Positions 18,836 to 27,930 of a stretch of 64,000 bases of DNA are shown here, one piece after another. Each line of letters opens with the position of its first letter. Positions within the stretch are counted from its first letter, which is position 1. The notes below the pieces were generated by a model that searched no databases, was not told the origin of the DNA, and worked only from the letters and a program-made list of their open reading frames with translations. The position numbers and the translations under genes were made by a program. Source of the stretch: a virus; the IMG/VR virus record IMGVR_UViG_3300025120_014919, positions 32,001-96,000 of that record; one strand, given 5' to 3'.

Positions 18836-19691
18836 TTTAGTACATCGGGTATATTGGGTTGCTAACAATATAAAAAACGTATCTGAAAACTATCACGTTT
18901 ATATGTTTTTAAATAGCGTTAAAAGTTATGTAGAAATGTACCAACCTGATAAAGTTATATGTGTATGGGATGAAAAACCTGACTATAGACCTAATAAACG
19001 TAAGGAACTTCTAGATGATTATAAAGGTAATCGAGATCCAGAGTATGGTAAAGAAGTTCATAATAAAAATGAAATGATTAAAGAAATGCTTAATACACTA
19101 GGAATACCGTCAATTTTTCCTAGATCATATGAAGCAGATGACGTTATTAAGATAATTAACGATGCATACGATAAATTAAGTCAGACTAAATTTTATTTAA
19201 CAAAAAAATTGTTCAAACATATTATTATTACCGTAGATAAAGACCTATGCCAGTTAATATCACATAAAGTCTCTGTATATGACCCAATAAAAAAGGTTGA
19301 AATTAATAAAGAAAATTTTGAAGAGGTGTTAAACTACAGTATAAAGGATTTTATCAAAGTAAAGGCATTAACAGGTGATAAAAGTGACAATATACCCGGT
19401 TTAAAAGGTTTTGGTAAAGTTAAAGTAAAAAAGTTTCTAGCTGGAGATGTTGTTTTAACTGAAAAGGAAAATGATACATATAAAAGAAATTTAGAATTAG
19501 TTACATTGACTGATGATAAAGATGAAAAAGAATATGTGATTAATCAGTTATCTGAAATTAAAGATGAGACGGACTATGAACAGTTTAAAAAATTAAGTAA
19601 AGATTATAATTTAAGTCAAATTCTTAAAAATGATACAAAATGGTATACTACATTTTTCCAGAAAAATAGATTAATAGAATTACTATCTTAA
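18807..19691 (+). CDS. rnh: 5'-3' exonuclease / T4 RNase H (FEN-like)
   Basis: IDGNNL, YKGNR, YEADD, DKDLCQL, GDKSDNIPG..GFG. Confidence 0.92.
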   Translation: MKILTIDGNNLVHRVYWVANNIKNVSENYHVYMFLNSVKSYVEMYQPDKVICVWDEKPDYRPNKRKELLDDYKGNRDPEYGKEVHNKNEMIKEMLNTLGIPSIFPRSYEADDVIKIINDAYDKLSQTKFYLTKKLFKHIIITVDKDLCQLISHKVSVYDPIKKVEINKENFEEVLNYSIKDFIKVKALTGDKSDNIPGLKGFGKVKVKKFLAGDVVLTEKENDTYKRNLELVTLTDDKDEKEYVINQLSEIKDETDYEQFKKLSKDYNLSQILKNDTKWYTTFFQKNRLIELLS

Positions 19692-19699
19692 ATATTAAT

Positions 19700-19945
19700 A
19701 TGCAAGATCAATTTATTAACCCTCAGCAAATCCGTTCACCATATACCGGTGAAACAGTTAGACCTACATATAACACATATGATGCCAATGGCAAAACCTA
19801 TGAACAAGCAGTTATGTCTGACCCAGTTACAGGTCATATAATTAAAAAAGGTCTTGTTTCTATTAAAGATACAAAGACCGGGGAAGTAATACAAGATTAC
19901 CATTCAGCTTTATCTCAAAGTAATACAACACAAAGCAGAGGTTAG
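19700..19945 (+). CDS. Hypothetical protein
   Basis: 81-aa ORF, TAAATA-N5-ATG. Confidence 0.7.
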   Translation: MQDQFINPQQIRSPYTGETVRPTYNTYDANGKTYEQAVMSDPVTGHIIKKGLVSIKDTKTGEVIQDYHSALSQSNTTQSRG

Positions 19946-19947
19946 AC

Positions 19948-19975
19948 TTGAAATATAGTATATTGCATTTATAAT
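19948..19975 (+). promoter_or_regulatory. Sigma70-like promoter
   Basis: TTGAAA-N16-TATAAT, 6 nt before GTG 19982. Confidence 0.7.
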
Positions 19976-19981
19976 TATAAT

Positions 19982-21013
19982 GTGATAGTTATACCAGAGC
20001 AATACGTTGTAAACGTTTTATATGAGAATATCTATAAGATCTCATATAATAAATACAATAAATCGTATAACGGTTGTTGCCCTATTTGTAAAGAAGGTAA
20101 CTCGTGGGGTAAGAAAAAACGATTCTATTATATACCTGATAAAGAGTTAGCATATTGTCATAACTGCGGATATAGTAAAAAGGCTCTTACATTTATAACT
20201 GAAGTAACTAATAAATCTTTACATCAAATTATAAATGAAGTTAAAGAGTTTGATGTAGAGATTTTACCTATAGAAGAACCAATAGAAGTAAAAAAGGTAA
20301 TAGATAAAAGTCTTCCGGAAGATTGTATTAACTTATCTGATATAAGTCAAATAGAGTACTATAAAGATAATGCAGTTGTAAAAACAGCTTTACAATTAAT
20401 TAAAGATAGAAAACTTGATAAAGGTATTAATAAACCTAAAACGTTTTATATATCACTAAAAGATGTAGTGCATAAAAATAGATTAATATTACCGTTTTAC
20501 GATGAAAATGATGATATAATATTTTATCAATCTAGAGGATTAACTAAAAAGGATCTATTTGAAAGACCGAAATACCTTAGTAAGGTAGGAGCAGAGAGAA
20601 GCTTATACGGTATGCAAAATATAAATTCTAATTTAGATAACGTGTTTATATTTGAAGGTCCGATTGATAGTTATTTTGTTGAAAACGGTTTAGCTACTTG
20701 TGGTATTACCGAAAGAAGTGATAAGATGTTTACTTCTCTACAGAAGGAGCAGATCAATAAACTAAACTTATATGAAAAAATTTATGTGTTAGATAATCAG
20801 TACTGCGATAAAGCAGCTTTAAGTAAAAGTATTATATTGGCTGATAATAATGAAAAGGTTTTTATATGGCCTAAAGAATTAAAACGCTTTAAAGACTTTA
20901 ATGATATATGCGTGGCTGGTAATAAAGACAAAATAAAACCTGAATTTATATTAAAAAATACTCATTCAGGTCTTAAAGCTAAATTATTATTAACTGAGAT
21001 TAAAAATAGTTAG
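19982..21013 (+). CDS. 61: DNA primase (T4 gp61-like)
   Basis: Zn ribbon CPIC..CHNCG, RLILPF, YQSR, TOPRIM EGPIDS, KDFND. Confidence 0.92.
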   Translation: MIVIPEQYVVNVLYENIYKISYNKYNKSYNGCCPICKEGNSWGKKKRFYYIPDKELAYCHNCGYSKKALTFITEVTNKSLHQIINEVKEFDVEILPIEEPIEVKKVIDKSLPEDCINLSDISQIEYYKDNAVVKTALQLIKDRKLDKGINKPKTFYISLKDVVHKNRLILPFYDENDDIIFYQSRGLTKKDLFERPKYLSKVGAERSLYGMQNINSNLDNVFIFEGPIDSYFVENGLATCGITERSDKMFTSLQKEQINKLNLYEKIYVLDNQYCDKAALSKSIILADNNEKVFIWPKELKRFKDFNDICVAGNKDKIKPEFILKNTHSGLKAKLLLTEIKNS

Positions 21014-21558
21014 TTACGTTTATATTGACCAAGATCACGGTAACCCATTTGATCTTGCAAAAATCCTTTTAATATCTCAAATTCTTCTCCACTTAGATTA
21101 ACTAAGTATTCTAACTCAATATCTCCAATAGAATCAGCGAACTTTTCAGCCTTATCTTCAAAATTAGAAGAATCGCCTACTGATTCATCTTCTTCATTAC
21201 TTTTTCTAACGTATTCATCTTCATCATCATCATAATCCCAATCATTGGCATCAAAATTTTTAAAGTTTTGTACCATTTCATACTCTTCAGGAGATAAAAT
21301 AGACAATTCTTCAAGAGATGTATTATCTAAGTTATCTTCTTCCATTTCACCGTGAGTCTTATTAGATTGAGCACTTGGAGGTCGAGTTTTTCTATATCTA
21401 CCACCTGAACCATCTCTTGCAGCGTCCACATTACTTGGAGCACCACCACGTGACATATCATATGATTTACCTTTTGGAGCTTTAGAAGTGCCAGCTTCCC
21501 AATCTTCAGTTAAAGTTTGTGTATAAGCTTCGAAAATTAAATTTTGATCTGTATTCAT
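21010..21558 (-). CDS. Acidic late protein, candidate internal head protein
   Basis: N-terminus MNTDQNLIFEAY..LTE; TAAATA upstream. Confidence 0.7.
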   Translation of the reverse strand: MNTDQNLIFEAYTQTLTEDWEAGTSKAPKGKSYDMSRGGAPSNVDAARDGSGGRYRKTRPPSAQSNKTHGEMEEDNLDNTSLEELSILSPEEYEMVQNFKNFDANDWDYDDDEDEYVRKSNEEDESVGDSSNFEDKAEKFADSIGDIELEYLVNLSGEEFEILKGFLQDQMGYRDLGQYKRN

Positions 21559-21573
21559 TATTATTTAAATAAG

Positions 21574-21990
21574 TTAGTTAAACTTATATTTAGGATCATT
21601 AGCACCTGCTAAATAACCTTTTAAGATTTCACTAAGTGAAGAAACTTCCATCGCAACTCTAGCAATCTTCTTTGTTTCGGCATTTGAAATACTATCAAAA
21701 ATTGTATCTCCTTCAGCTGAATTAAGCGAAGTTTGGATACTATCTGAAGTACCATTCAAGTAATCAGAAAATTCATCCATTTTTTGGATCCAACTATTTA
21801 ACTCCTCGAACATTTGTTTTGATTGAGAGCTTATTGGGCTATCTCCTTCAGGTACATCGACATCAAACTCATCAATCGATGTGTCGGGATCTAATGTAGA
21901 AGCCATTGCTTCTTGATCAGTTAATTCATCAGTATTTTCATCATCTTGCTCTCTTAAAAACTTAGAGAATCTTTTTTGGTATAAGCTCAT
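21574..21990 (-). CDS. Late hypothetical protein (start corrected to 21990)
   Basis: MSLYQKRFSKFLREQ start sits 5 nt after TATAAATA; the longer 22035 start overlaps the divergent gene. Confidence 0.75.
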   Translation of the reverse strand: MSLYQKRFSKFLREQDDENTDELTDQEAMASTLDPDTSIDEFDVDVPEGDSPISSQSKQMFEELNSWIQKMDEFSDYLNGTSDSIQTSLNSAEGDTIFDSISNAETKKIARVAMEVSSLSEILKGYLAGANDPKYKFN

Positions 21991-21995
21991 ACAAT

Positions 21996-22007
21996 TATTT
22001 ATAAATA
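21996..22007. promoter_or_regulatory. Palindromic bidirectional T4-type late promoter
   Basis: TATTTATAAATA is self-complementary, giving TATAAATA on both strands, each 5 nt from an ATG. Confidence 0.8.
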
Positions 22008-22012
22008 TTAAT

Positions 22013-22384
22013 ATGAGATATACAGGAAAATTCAATGATTTTGTAAGATTACTTGAAGAACAAGATATGATACCAGATTCTAACAGGCAGGTATCCGGGA
22101 TGGCAACTGAAAATGAGCCATTAGCAACTAATGTTAATGACTTTTTTTCAAGTATTCAGAGGAAAGATGTATCACCAGAAAACATACCATATCCGTTGAA
22201 TGAATTTGATAGCGTAGCTAGTGACGCATACATAGCAATACAAAATTTAGAAAATATATTAAAAATAGCTGAAACTAATGCAGTTATAAAAAATAAAAAT
22301 TCTATAAGACCGATAATGGGTGAACTTATGGATTTAAAAAAAGAAATAGTTGATATTACGAATAAAGTCGGTAAAATAAAATAA
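22013..22384 (+). CDS. Late hypothetical protein
   Basis: 123 aa, N-terminus KFNDFVRLLEE. Confidence 0.75.
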   Translation: MRYTGKFNDFVRLLEEQDMIPDSNRQVSGMATENEPLATNVNDFFSSIQRKDVSPENIPYPLNEFDSVASDAYIAIQNLENILKIAETNAVIKNKNSIRPIMGELMDLKKEIVDITNKVGKIK

Positions 22385-22746
22385 TGAAGAAGATACTAAC
22401 CTCTTTAACTCTTACCATTTTAGTAGGTTGTCTATTTGGTATATTATTTAAAAGTTTTTCAGTATTTGCAATTGCAATTATTTTACAATTTTTGTTTTTC
22501 TATTTCTTCAATTCAGCATATGAAAATCTACTCGTACAAAGAGTAGTAACTGCAAATATTGAGTTAGAAAAATCAAAAATAATAAATACCCTTGAAGTAA
22601 AATGCCCTTGCGGTGGTAAACAGGATGTTTTACTTTCATTTAGTGAAGATACTATATACAGGTGTAATGAATGTAAAAATGAGGTAAGAGTAGCAGTTAA
22701 TATCGGTACAGCTTTAGTAACTAACCCTATATTTACGGAAAAATGA
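22384..22746 (+). CDS. Membrane protein with C-terminal zinc ribbon
   Basis: Two N-terminal hydrophobic segments; CPCG and CNEC. Confidence 0.7.
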   Translation: MKKILTSLTLTILVGCLFGILFKSFSVFAIAIILQFLFFYFFNSAYENLLVQRVVTANIELEKSKIINTLEVKCPCGGKQDVLLSFSEDTIYRCNECKNEVRVAVNIGTALVTNPIFTEK

Positions 22747-23141
22747 ACGAATTAGAAAAACTTACCAAAGAAGTTAATCAAGACGGGTTTATTAAAAATA
22801 AAGAGGTTAACAAAATTGATATAGACGATATCGTTAATTTTTTTACAGATGACAATTTTGATAATAAAAGTAGGGTCATTGCCGGTAGAGTGTTTCAAAA
22901 AAATAAAAAAAACGATACCATCGAAACGTTTTTTAAATTAATTGAAGGGGAAATTAAAAAAATAGAATCTAAAAATAATAAAGATCCTGACAATTCATTT
23001 TTTAATCTTAATAAAAAGATTTTATCTAATAATATATACAACCTTAAAGAGATTATAAGAACATACGATATTGATAACGAAAAAATATTATATTTTTTAA
23101 TAGGAACTTTGATACAATATGTATATGAGTCAAAACGTTGA
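22743..23141 (+). CDS. Hypothetical protein
   Basis: 132-aa ORF, ATGA overlap. Confidence 0.7.
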   Translation: MNELEKLTKEVNQDGFIKNKEVNKIDIDDIVNFFTDDNFDNKSRVIAGRVFQKNKKNDTIETFFKLIEGEIKKIESKNNKDPDNSFFNLNKKILSNNIYNLKEIIRTYDIDNEKILYFLIGTLIQYVYESKR

Positions 23142-23382
23142 TATAATAGAAGAATATGGTATAGATTTTGTAGCTAGATTTGCATGCCTCTATGAGGGTG
23201 TAAATACAGCATGTGATAGAGCTGAAAGGCTAGGTTACGATACCCAGACGAGTAATGTTTGGTGTAAACCTACTGCTTTACAAAAATATGTAAGTGAAAG
23301 GTATTTAGATATGAAACATGAAATACAATTACACCAGAAAGGTATTAATACAGATGAAATTTATCCCTGGAGCAAAGTTTAG
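23119..23382 (+). CDS. Hypothetical protein
   Basis: 87-aa ORF in operon. Confidence 0.7.
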   Translation: MYMSQNVDIIEEYGIDFVARFACLYEGVNTACDRAERLGYDTQTSNVWCKPTALQKYVSERYLDMKHEIQLHQKGINTDEIYPWSKV

Positions 23383-23560
23383 TAATAGTACAATGAAAAA
23401 TACAAAACTCTTTAAACCAGGAGTTTTGTATATACTAAAAAACATTAATAAAACTGAAGAAGGCTATACATATACCTTTACAGTTAATGGTGAGTCTAAA
23501 GACATTAAGTTCAATAGTGTACAGCAAGCTGATGAGTGGTTGAATACTATTATTTTTTAA
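23354..23560 (+). CDS. Hypothetical protein (probable start MKFIPG)
   Basis: ORF 23318-23560; the internal ATG at 23354 gives a smaller overlap. Confidence 0.55.
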   Translation: MKFIPGAKFSNSTMKNTKLFKPGVLYILKNINKTEEGYTYTFTVNGESKDIKFNSVQQADEWLNTIIF

Positions 23561-24360
23561 TAATAATCACCATATACATCAGTATTGTTCTGAGACATAT
23601 CAAATATATCATTTTTACTAACGTTATCTACATTGTAATCGTCGTACCCTGGCTTCTTAGTTTGTGATTCTGGGTTTGTACCTCCGCTTAATCTACCACT
23701 AAATGAATCTTCAAATACTTGATTATTACCTGAAATACCTTCAAACCTATTACTTGCGTTTTTATTATTGAAAGGTATATTAGGTTCGAAACTATAATCT
23801 AGACGTTTAGCTTTTAATAAAAATACGTAATGACCTCCTAATTGATTCATTGCTAATATATCTTGATCTAATTTTTGTGTAATTTCAAAATATTTACCTT
23901 GTCTATCATTCGGTCTATCGTTACCATATTCACTTAATTGGAATATATCACCTGCTTTAGGCTCAACTATACTGTATTGATTTTCAAAGGCACCACTTAA
24001 AGTAAAAAAGGTATCGAAAAAACTAGATATATGAATATATGCAGTAATTTCATCATCACTTTCAAAACCATATTGTGAAAGAGTAATTGCATTTTCATTT
24101 AAGGTTGCTGCTAAAATTAATTTTCTAGGCTCAGCAAATACTTTATTAGGGTCTTCACCGTAAAAATTATCTGCACTTAATACGTTATATGTATTGACGA
24201 AATAATCTACCTTTGTACCATATAAATTAATTTGTTCTCTCCACCAATTACTAAACAAAGTTCTTTCATTTTCCTGAATAGATTTATCAGAAAATCTGAA
24301 ACAAGTTTCATCGGTTTGTACTAAACCTGGGAAATCACAATTATAATCTGGTTGGCTCAT
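23557..24360 (-). CDS. 14: Neck / head-closure protein (T4 gp14-like)
   Basis: YGTKVDY, YGEDP..F, LSQYGFESDDEIT, EPKAGDIF, YFEIT pattern. Confidence 0.72.
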   Translation of the reverse strand: MSQPDYNCDFPGLVQTDETCFRFSDKSIQENERTLFSNWWREQINLYGTKVDYFVNTYNVLSADNFYGEDPNKVFAEPRKLILAATLNENAITLSQYGFESDDEITAYIHISSFFDTFFTLSGAFENQYSIVEPKAGDIFQLSEYGNDRPNDRQGKYFEITQKLDQDILAMNQLGGHYVFLLKAKRLDYSFEPNIPFNNKNASNRFEGISGNNQVFEDSFSGRLSGGTNPESQTKKPGYDDYNVDNVSKNDIFDMSQNNTDVYGDYY

Positions 24361-24686
24361 CTTTCAATTACAAATTTATTTAAGTTAGAATCAAAATACA
24401 ATTTAATACCAGTACTACCTAATTTTTTAACTTCACCTTTATAGGGTATTACCTTATACTGGCTTTTTATATAATCTAAATCAACAGGAAAGCATACTTT
24501 CTTACCATGACCGTCTCTTAATTGTTCAATTTTTTGATTTTTAGATGGATCAGTTTTTAAGTAATCAGCCATTATGTTACCTTTTTTACGACTATTACTA
24601 TTTGGTATAACTTTTCTATGCCAGTGTTCAACCCCTGGTTTAGGCTTCTGATATTTATTCTCAAAAAACTTATCAAATCTTAACAT
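24357..24686 (-). CDS. Basic late hypothetical protein
   Basis: 109 aa, MLRFDKFFE start, TAAATA-N5-ATG. Confidence 0.7.
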   Translation of the reverse strand: MLRFDKFFENKYQKPKPGVEHWHRKVIPNSNSRKKGNIMADYLKTDPSKNQKIEQLRDGHGKKVCFPVDLDYIKSQYKVIPYKGEVKKLGSTGIKLYFDSNLNKFVIER

Positions 24687-24700
24687 ATTTATATTTATGG

Positions 24701-24729
24701 AAAAAAAAGCACAACCAAATGGTTGTGCT
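24701..24729 (-). terminator. Intrinsic terminator
   Basis: AGCACAACC/GGTTGTGCT hairpin with an 8-nt U-tract on the - strand downstream of the 24751-25623 gene. Confidence 0.75.
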
Positions 24730-24750
24730 CTCTTTAATTATGTATTTTTT

Positions 24751-25623
24751 TTATTCGAAGAAATCTTGTCCGGTATGTAACCCAACTTTATTATTTTTAC
24801 CTTGTAAATGAGCTTTCTTATCTCCTAATTCCTTAGGTTCTGCTTCAACATACTTTTTAGTTGAATCAGATGCTTTATTACCTTTTGCTTTAATTGAACC
24901 TACTTTATTATTCTTTGACATTAATGATTGACCTGCAGAACTTGGAACTTCTTTCATCTCAACTGCTTCTTGATGAGTATCGTCTTCCTCTTCTTCTGTA
25001 TCTTCTTCTGCCTCTTCCATTTCCATTGAATAATCTTCATCAGCATCTGCTTCTTCACTATCATCATCTTCATCTCCCATTGCTGCTTGCAACATGTCGC
25101 AAAGTGACTTAGCCATATCACGATCAATCGTGATTGTAACTTCGTCTGATTCGGTTTCACCCACTTCGGTATCGATACCGAGTGCGTCCAATTCTTGTTC
25201 TTGGTCTGAGTGACCCATTTCTTCACCCATCACATTTTCAAATAATTTATCAAAAGTAGATTTCATAAAAATATTTATACTCTCTTTTACTTTTTTCTCG
25301 ATTTTTTTATCTTTTTTATCCTTTTTATTATAATTTTCTGCAGAATACTTATCACTATCATATAATTCGTCTTCCTTCTTGCTATGTTTAGGATCTATAG
25401 GTTTATTTAAACCATCAATTTCATAAACCGGTTCCGTGGTTCTTGGTCCTTTAGAATGCTGTTTATTTTTAGATTTATTAGAGTTTAAATCAACAGCACC
25501 GGGTCCTGGTTTCATTCCCATATTTTTAGTACCACCTTCAATAGGTCTACCTGCTTTACCTTCGCTGATAATATTATTATTATATGTATCCCATATTTCG
25601 GTTAGAGTATTTGCTCTTGTCAT
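24751..25623 (-). CDS. Charged late protein, candidate prohead core / internal protein
   Basis: 290 aa with basic and very acidic blocks; TATAAATA-N5-ATG; internal second promoter and start. Confidence 0.75.
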   Translation of the reverse strand: MTRANTLTEIWDTYNNNIISEGKAGRPIEGGTKNMGMKPGPGAVDLNSNKSKNKQHSKGPRTTEPVYEIDGLNKPIDPKHSKKEDELYDSDKYSAENYNKKDKKDKKIEKKVKESINIFMKSTFDKLFENVMGEEMGHSDQEQELDALGIDTEVGETESDEVTITIDRDMAKSLCDMLQAAMGDEDDDSEEADADEDYSMEMEEAEEDTEEEEDDTHQEAVEMKEVPSSAGQSLMSKNNKVGSIKAKGNKASDSTKKYVEAEPKELGDKKAHLQGKNNKVGLHTGQDFFE

Positions 25624-25641
25624 TTAAATATTTATACGTCA

Positions 25642-27327
25642 ATGGTAAAAAATAAACAAAACTATATGAATAACCCTAATTTACCTGTGGTTGGGGCCGA
25701 ATTCGAGTATACTCCTGAAATGGTAACAGATTTAAAGAAATGTCAAAAAAATATTTTATATTTTGCAGAAAGATTTTTTTATATAATATCTCTAGATGAA
25801 GGTAAACAAACTATAGACTTACATTACTGTCAAAAAAGAGCTTTACGTAAAATGAGAGATAATCGTTTTTTTATATTATTAGCGAGTAGACAGATTGGTA
25901 AAACTACTATGATGACAATTTATGCTTTATGGGTTGCTTGTTTTAACTCAGATCAAAGAATATTAATTGTAGCAAATAAAGAAGGAACTGCTTTAGAAAT
26001 AATGAGCAGAATAAGAATGGCATATGAAGAATTGCCTAATTGGTTAAAACCTGGAGTTAAAGAATATGGTAAAACCGCTATAACGTTAGCCAACGGTACA
26101 CGAATAGGTATATCAACAACCACTGGCACTGCTGCTCGTGGTCAATCAGTTAATTGTCTTATATTAGATGAGCTTGCCTTTATTGAACCACATTTGGTTG
26201 ACGATTTTTGGAAATCAGTATATCCTATTGTTTCTGCATCTAAAAAATCTAAAATCTTTATAGCTTCGACTGCTAACGGTACAGATAACCTCTTTTATAA
26301 ACTCTATTCAACTGCTGATAATGGGGAATCTAATTGGGCTAGTGATAGAATATTGTGGGATGAAATACCAGGTAGAGACGAACGTTGGAAAAACGATACT
26401 ATATCATCGATTGGTTCGATGGAAGCATTTAATCAAGAATTTAACTGTGAATTTATATCTAGCGGTGAAAGTTCAGTTAACGATGAATTATTCCAAAAAC
26501 TTGCTACAAAAACGTCTGAACCGTTATTCGTATTTGATGATGGTAAGTATTTACTGTGGGATGAACCTAAAGAAGATAGAATATATGTTGCTAGCGTCGA
26601 TACAGGGGAAGGATTAGGTAAAGATTCATCTGTAGTGCAAGTTTTAGATTATACAGACTTAACTAATATTAACCAAGTAGCTGTTTATAGTAATAATGAA
26701 ATCGGTCCATATAATTTCTGCGAAAAAGTATTTGAAATATTACAGCATTGGGGTAACCCTTTAGTCTGTGTTGAAAGAAACAATAGTGGGGGTCAAATAG
26801 TCGATATATTAAAAAATACCCATAATTACGATAATATAGTATCATGGGGTAGTAAAGTAGCTGGTAGAAATAAAAGTCAATTAGGTATAGTTTCTCATAC
26901 TAATACAAAATATAAAGCAGTTACTAATATGAGATATTGGGTTAACGAATTAGAGTCAGTTAATATAAATGATTTAAGAACTATAAAGGAATTGAAAAAC
27001 TATGTAAAAGCAGCTAACGGTACATGGAATGCGAAGAAGGGATATCACGATGATTTAGTCACCTCACTAATGTGGAATCTTATTATATTAGCTGATGAGT
27101 TAGTTGAAACGTATTTTGAGGTGGTAAAAAGAGACTCAAATAATAAACCTTTACAACTACAGCAAATGGAGTTTGGTATTAAATACTTTTTAGACCCAAC
27201 TTCATTATATACTAATGAAAAACATGGTCAAGTAAATGCTTTACCAATTGTTATAGGGAATACAACTAAAACTGATAATGACATACAACAATTAGAAGCA
27301 CAAGGATATAAAATATGGCAACAATAA
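25642..27327 (+). CDS. 17: Terminase large subunit (T4 gp17-like)
   Basis: SRQIGKTT Walker A, ANK, LILDELAF, ASTANG, VDTGEG..DSS, ERNN, HDDLV. Confidence 0.96.
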   Translation: MVKNKQNYMNNPNLPVVGAEFEYTPEMVTDLKKCQKNILYFAERFFYIISLDEGKQTIDLHYCQKRALRKMRDNRFFILLASRQIGKTTMMTIYALWVACFNSDQRILIVANKEGTALEIMSRIRMAYEELPNWLKPGVKEYGKTAITLANGTRIGISTTTGTAARGQSVNCLILDELAFIEPHLVDDFWKSVYPIVSASKKSKIFIASTANGTDNLFYKLYSTADNGESNWASDRILWDEIPGRDERWKNDTISSIGSMEAFNQEFNCEFISSGESSVNDELFQKLATKTSEPLFVFDDGKYLLWDEPKEDRIYVASVDTGEGLGKDSSVVQVLDYTDLTNINQVAVYSNNEIGPYNFCEKVFEILQHWGNPLVCVERNNSGGQIVDILKNTHNYDNIVSWGSKVAGRNKSQLGIVSHTNTKYKAVTNMRYWVNELESVNINDLRTIKELKNYVKAANGTWNAKKGYHDDLVTSLMWNLIILADELVETYFEVVKRDSNNKPLQLQQMEFGIKYFLDPTSLYTNEKHGQVNALPIVIGNTTKTDNDIQQLEAQGYKIWQQ

Positions 27328-27899
27328 ATCAATCACAGTTAAATAAAGGAAGGTTAGATAAGTTTTTACTTGTTTTAAATTTACCAACCGCTATGCGAGC
27401 TGATACAAAAAAGACTTTAACTGGTAGAAGTAATAAAAATACAATACAAGATAGTTTACAATTTTCAGTATACGGTTCTATAGTGCCAAAAGTCGTAGTC
27501 CCGGAAGAAACATTAGGATATGCAGGTCAATCATTTAAAAAATCGACACATACAAGACCTCCATATGAAAATATTACTGTTAACTTTACAATTGATAGTG
27601 AATTTAATAATTATTGGGTAATTTATAAATGGCTAGATTTAATGAATGATGAAAAGACGTCACATTTTAATTCTAAAAAAGCCGCCGGTACAAATAAATC
27701 ATTTAAATCTCCTGACTTATACCAAACAAATTTTTCTATTTTTGCTAAAGATGAATTTGAAAAAAATAAAGTAAAGTTTACTTATACTAATGCTTTCCCA
27801 GTAAGTTTAGGTCAAATAAGTTATAATTATAGGCAATCGGGTGAAATTGAAACTACCTTTGAATTCGCCTTTTCTCAAATGATAGTCGAATTATTGTAA
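27315..27899 (+). CDS. Tail completion / tube terminator (T4 gp3-like)
   Basis: YENITVNFTIDSEFNNYWVIYKWL, AFPVSLGQI tube-fold pattern. Confidence 0.65.
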   Translation: MATINQSQLNKGRLDKFLLVLNLPTAMRADTKKTLTGRSNKNTIQDSLQFSVYGSIVPKVVVPEETLGYAGQSFKKSTHTRPPYENITVNFTIDSEFNNYWVIYKWLDLMNDEKTSHFNSKKAAGTNKSFKSPDLYQTNFSIFAKDEFEKNKVKFTYTNAFPVSLGQISYNYRQSGEIETTFEFAFSQMIVELL

Positions 27900-27919
27900 A
27901 TTTTTAACTCGGGAAGCCA

Positions 27920-27925
27920 TAAATA
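27920..27925 (+). promoter_or_regulatory. T4-type late promoter core
   Basis: TAAATA-N5-ATG before the sheath gene; one of more than 20 such sites. Confidence 0.7.
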
Positions 27926-27930
27926 ATTTT

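Noticed and set aside
21991-22035. Listed upstream start for the 153-aa minus-strand ORF
   Set aside because: It overlaps the divergent gene and crosses the palindromic promoter; ATG 21990 fits the promoter geometry
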